Positions 63,285 through 64,000 of a stretch of DNA of 64,000 nucleotides are shown here, in pieces; the first letter of the stretch is position 1, and every line of letters begins with the position of its first letter. Source of the DNA: Callorhinchus milii (lineage: Eukaryota); assembly GCF_018977255.1 (NCBI RefSeq), contig NW_024704742.1, positions 92,878,001 to 92,942,000 of the forward strand. Reading direction: 5' to 3'. Made by a program: the position numbers and the translations under genes. Below the pieces are notes generated by a model. It was not told where the DNA came from, searched no databases, and saw only the letters and a program-made list of their open reading frames with translations.

Positions 63285-63605
63285 GTTGACTTTACTGTGT
63301 TGAGGAGTGTTGTGTTGTCAAAGGAGCCTTCATTGAATGAGACATTAAACCAAGGTCCCGTCTGTCTGGTTGGACGCACGCTAAAGATGCTATGTCACTA
63401 ATCAAAAAGAGAAGGGAATTTCATCCAACGTCCTGCCCAACAATCCCCCAGATAAAATTGGTCATTCACTTCATGGTTGTGTATGGGACATTGCTGTGTG
63501 CAAATTGACTGCTGGATTTGCCTCAAAATACACAGTCACTCCATCATAGTAAATCCTGTGATGATCTCCTAATGGAAAGGTGCTATAACAAATGCAATGA
63601 TTATT
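63285..63605 (+). mobile_element. Deu-domain SINE
   Basis: atgagacattaaaccaaggtcccgtctgtc...gggacattgctgtgtgcaaattg...gtgctata. Confidence 0.72.
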
Positions 63606-64000
63606 TAAAAAAAAAAATTTCTAAATAAAATTTCTGTTGCGATATTGCACAAAATGTTACCTTGGAGATGGAAAATCTTTCTCATAATGGTTTATGTTGT
63701 AATCTGAATTTTGAATTACATGCCAGGTTTTACATTTATTCCCTGAACAGTCCATCCATGGTCTTCAATGTAGAAATATTAAACCCTTAGAAGACGAGAA
63801 CAGCATTGCAGCACATCAAAAACAATTCAAGGTTCATACTTTATACCCTCTGCAAAGAGAGAACAGAGGCACGTTAGTATGGTTTAAACTTTATCCTTGT
63901 TCATTGTTCAGTAATATTCAGTAATGTGTTTCTCAAGAACATTATGGAAACAAATGTGATAGAAAACATCTGTGTCTCTGAAACCAAATATTCTCTGGTC

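Overview
Vertebrate genomic DNA, most likely a cartilaginous fish. A holocephalan is inferred from the repeat families: a tRNA-headed Deu-domain-type SINE, L2 LINEs and CR1 LINEs. Two host genes are visible. (1) The last seven coding exons of SHC3 lie on the + strand (3245-20865) and cover the end of the PTB domain, CH1 and SH2. All junctions are GT-AG and phase-compatible; the earlier exons were not found and are presumably upstream of the window. (2) S1PR3 lies on the - strand as a single coding exon (30105-31238), with an inferred non-coding first exon and promoter near 33.1-33.9 kb. The two genes are tail-to-tail. Positions 34-64 kb contain no recognisable host gene and are dominated by nested retroelements, hAT MITEs and palindromic elements. 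Nearly all other ORFs in the track are repeat-derived or spurious. I cannot demonstrate a new biological system. The best leads are a CpG-rich Helitron-like insertion in an SHC3 intron, several long hairpins (two of them sense-intronic and pre-miRNA-sized), two families of palindromic elements, a template-switch inverted duplication, and a 79-bp duplication beside the S1PR3 promoter. Comparisons with human proteins and named repeat families are from memory, not from a search. Repeat boundaries are approximate unless a target-site duplication (TSD) is given.
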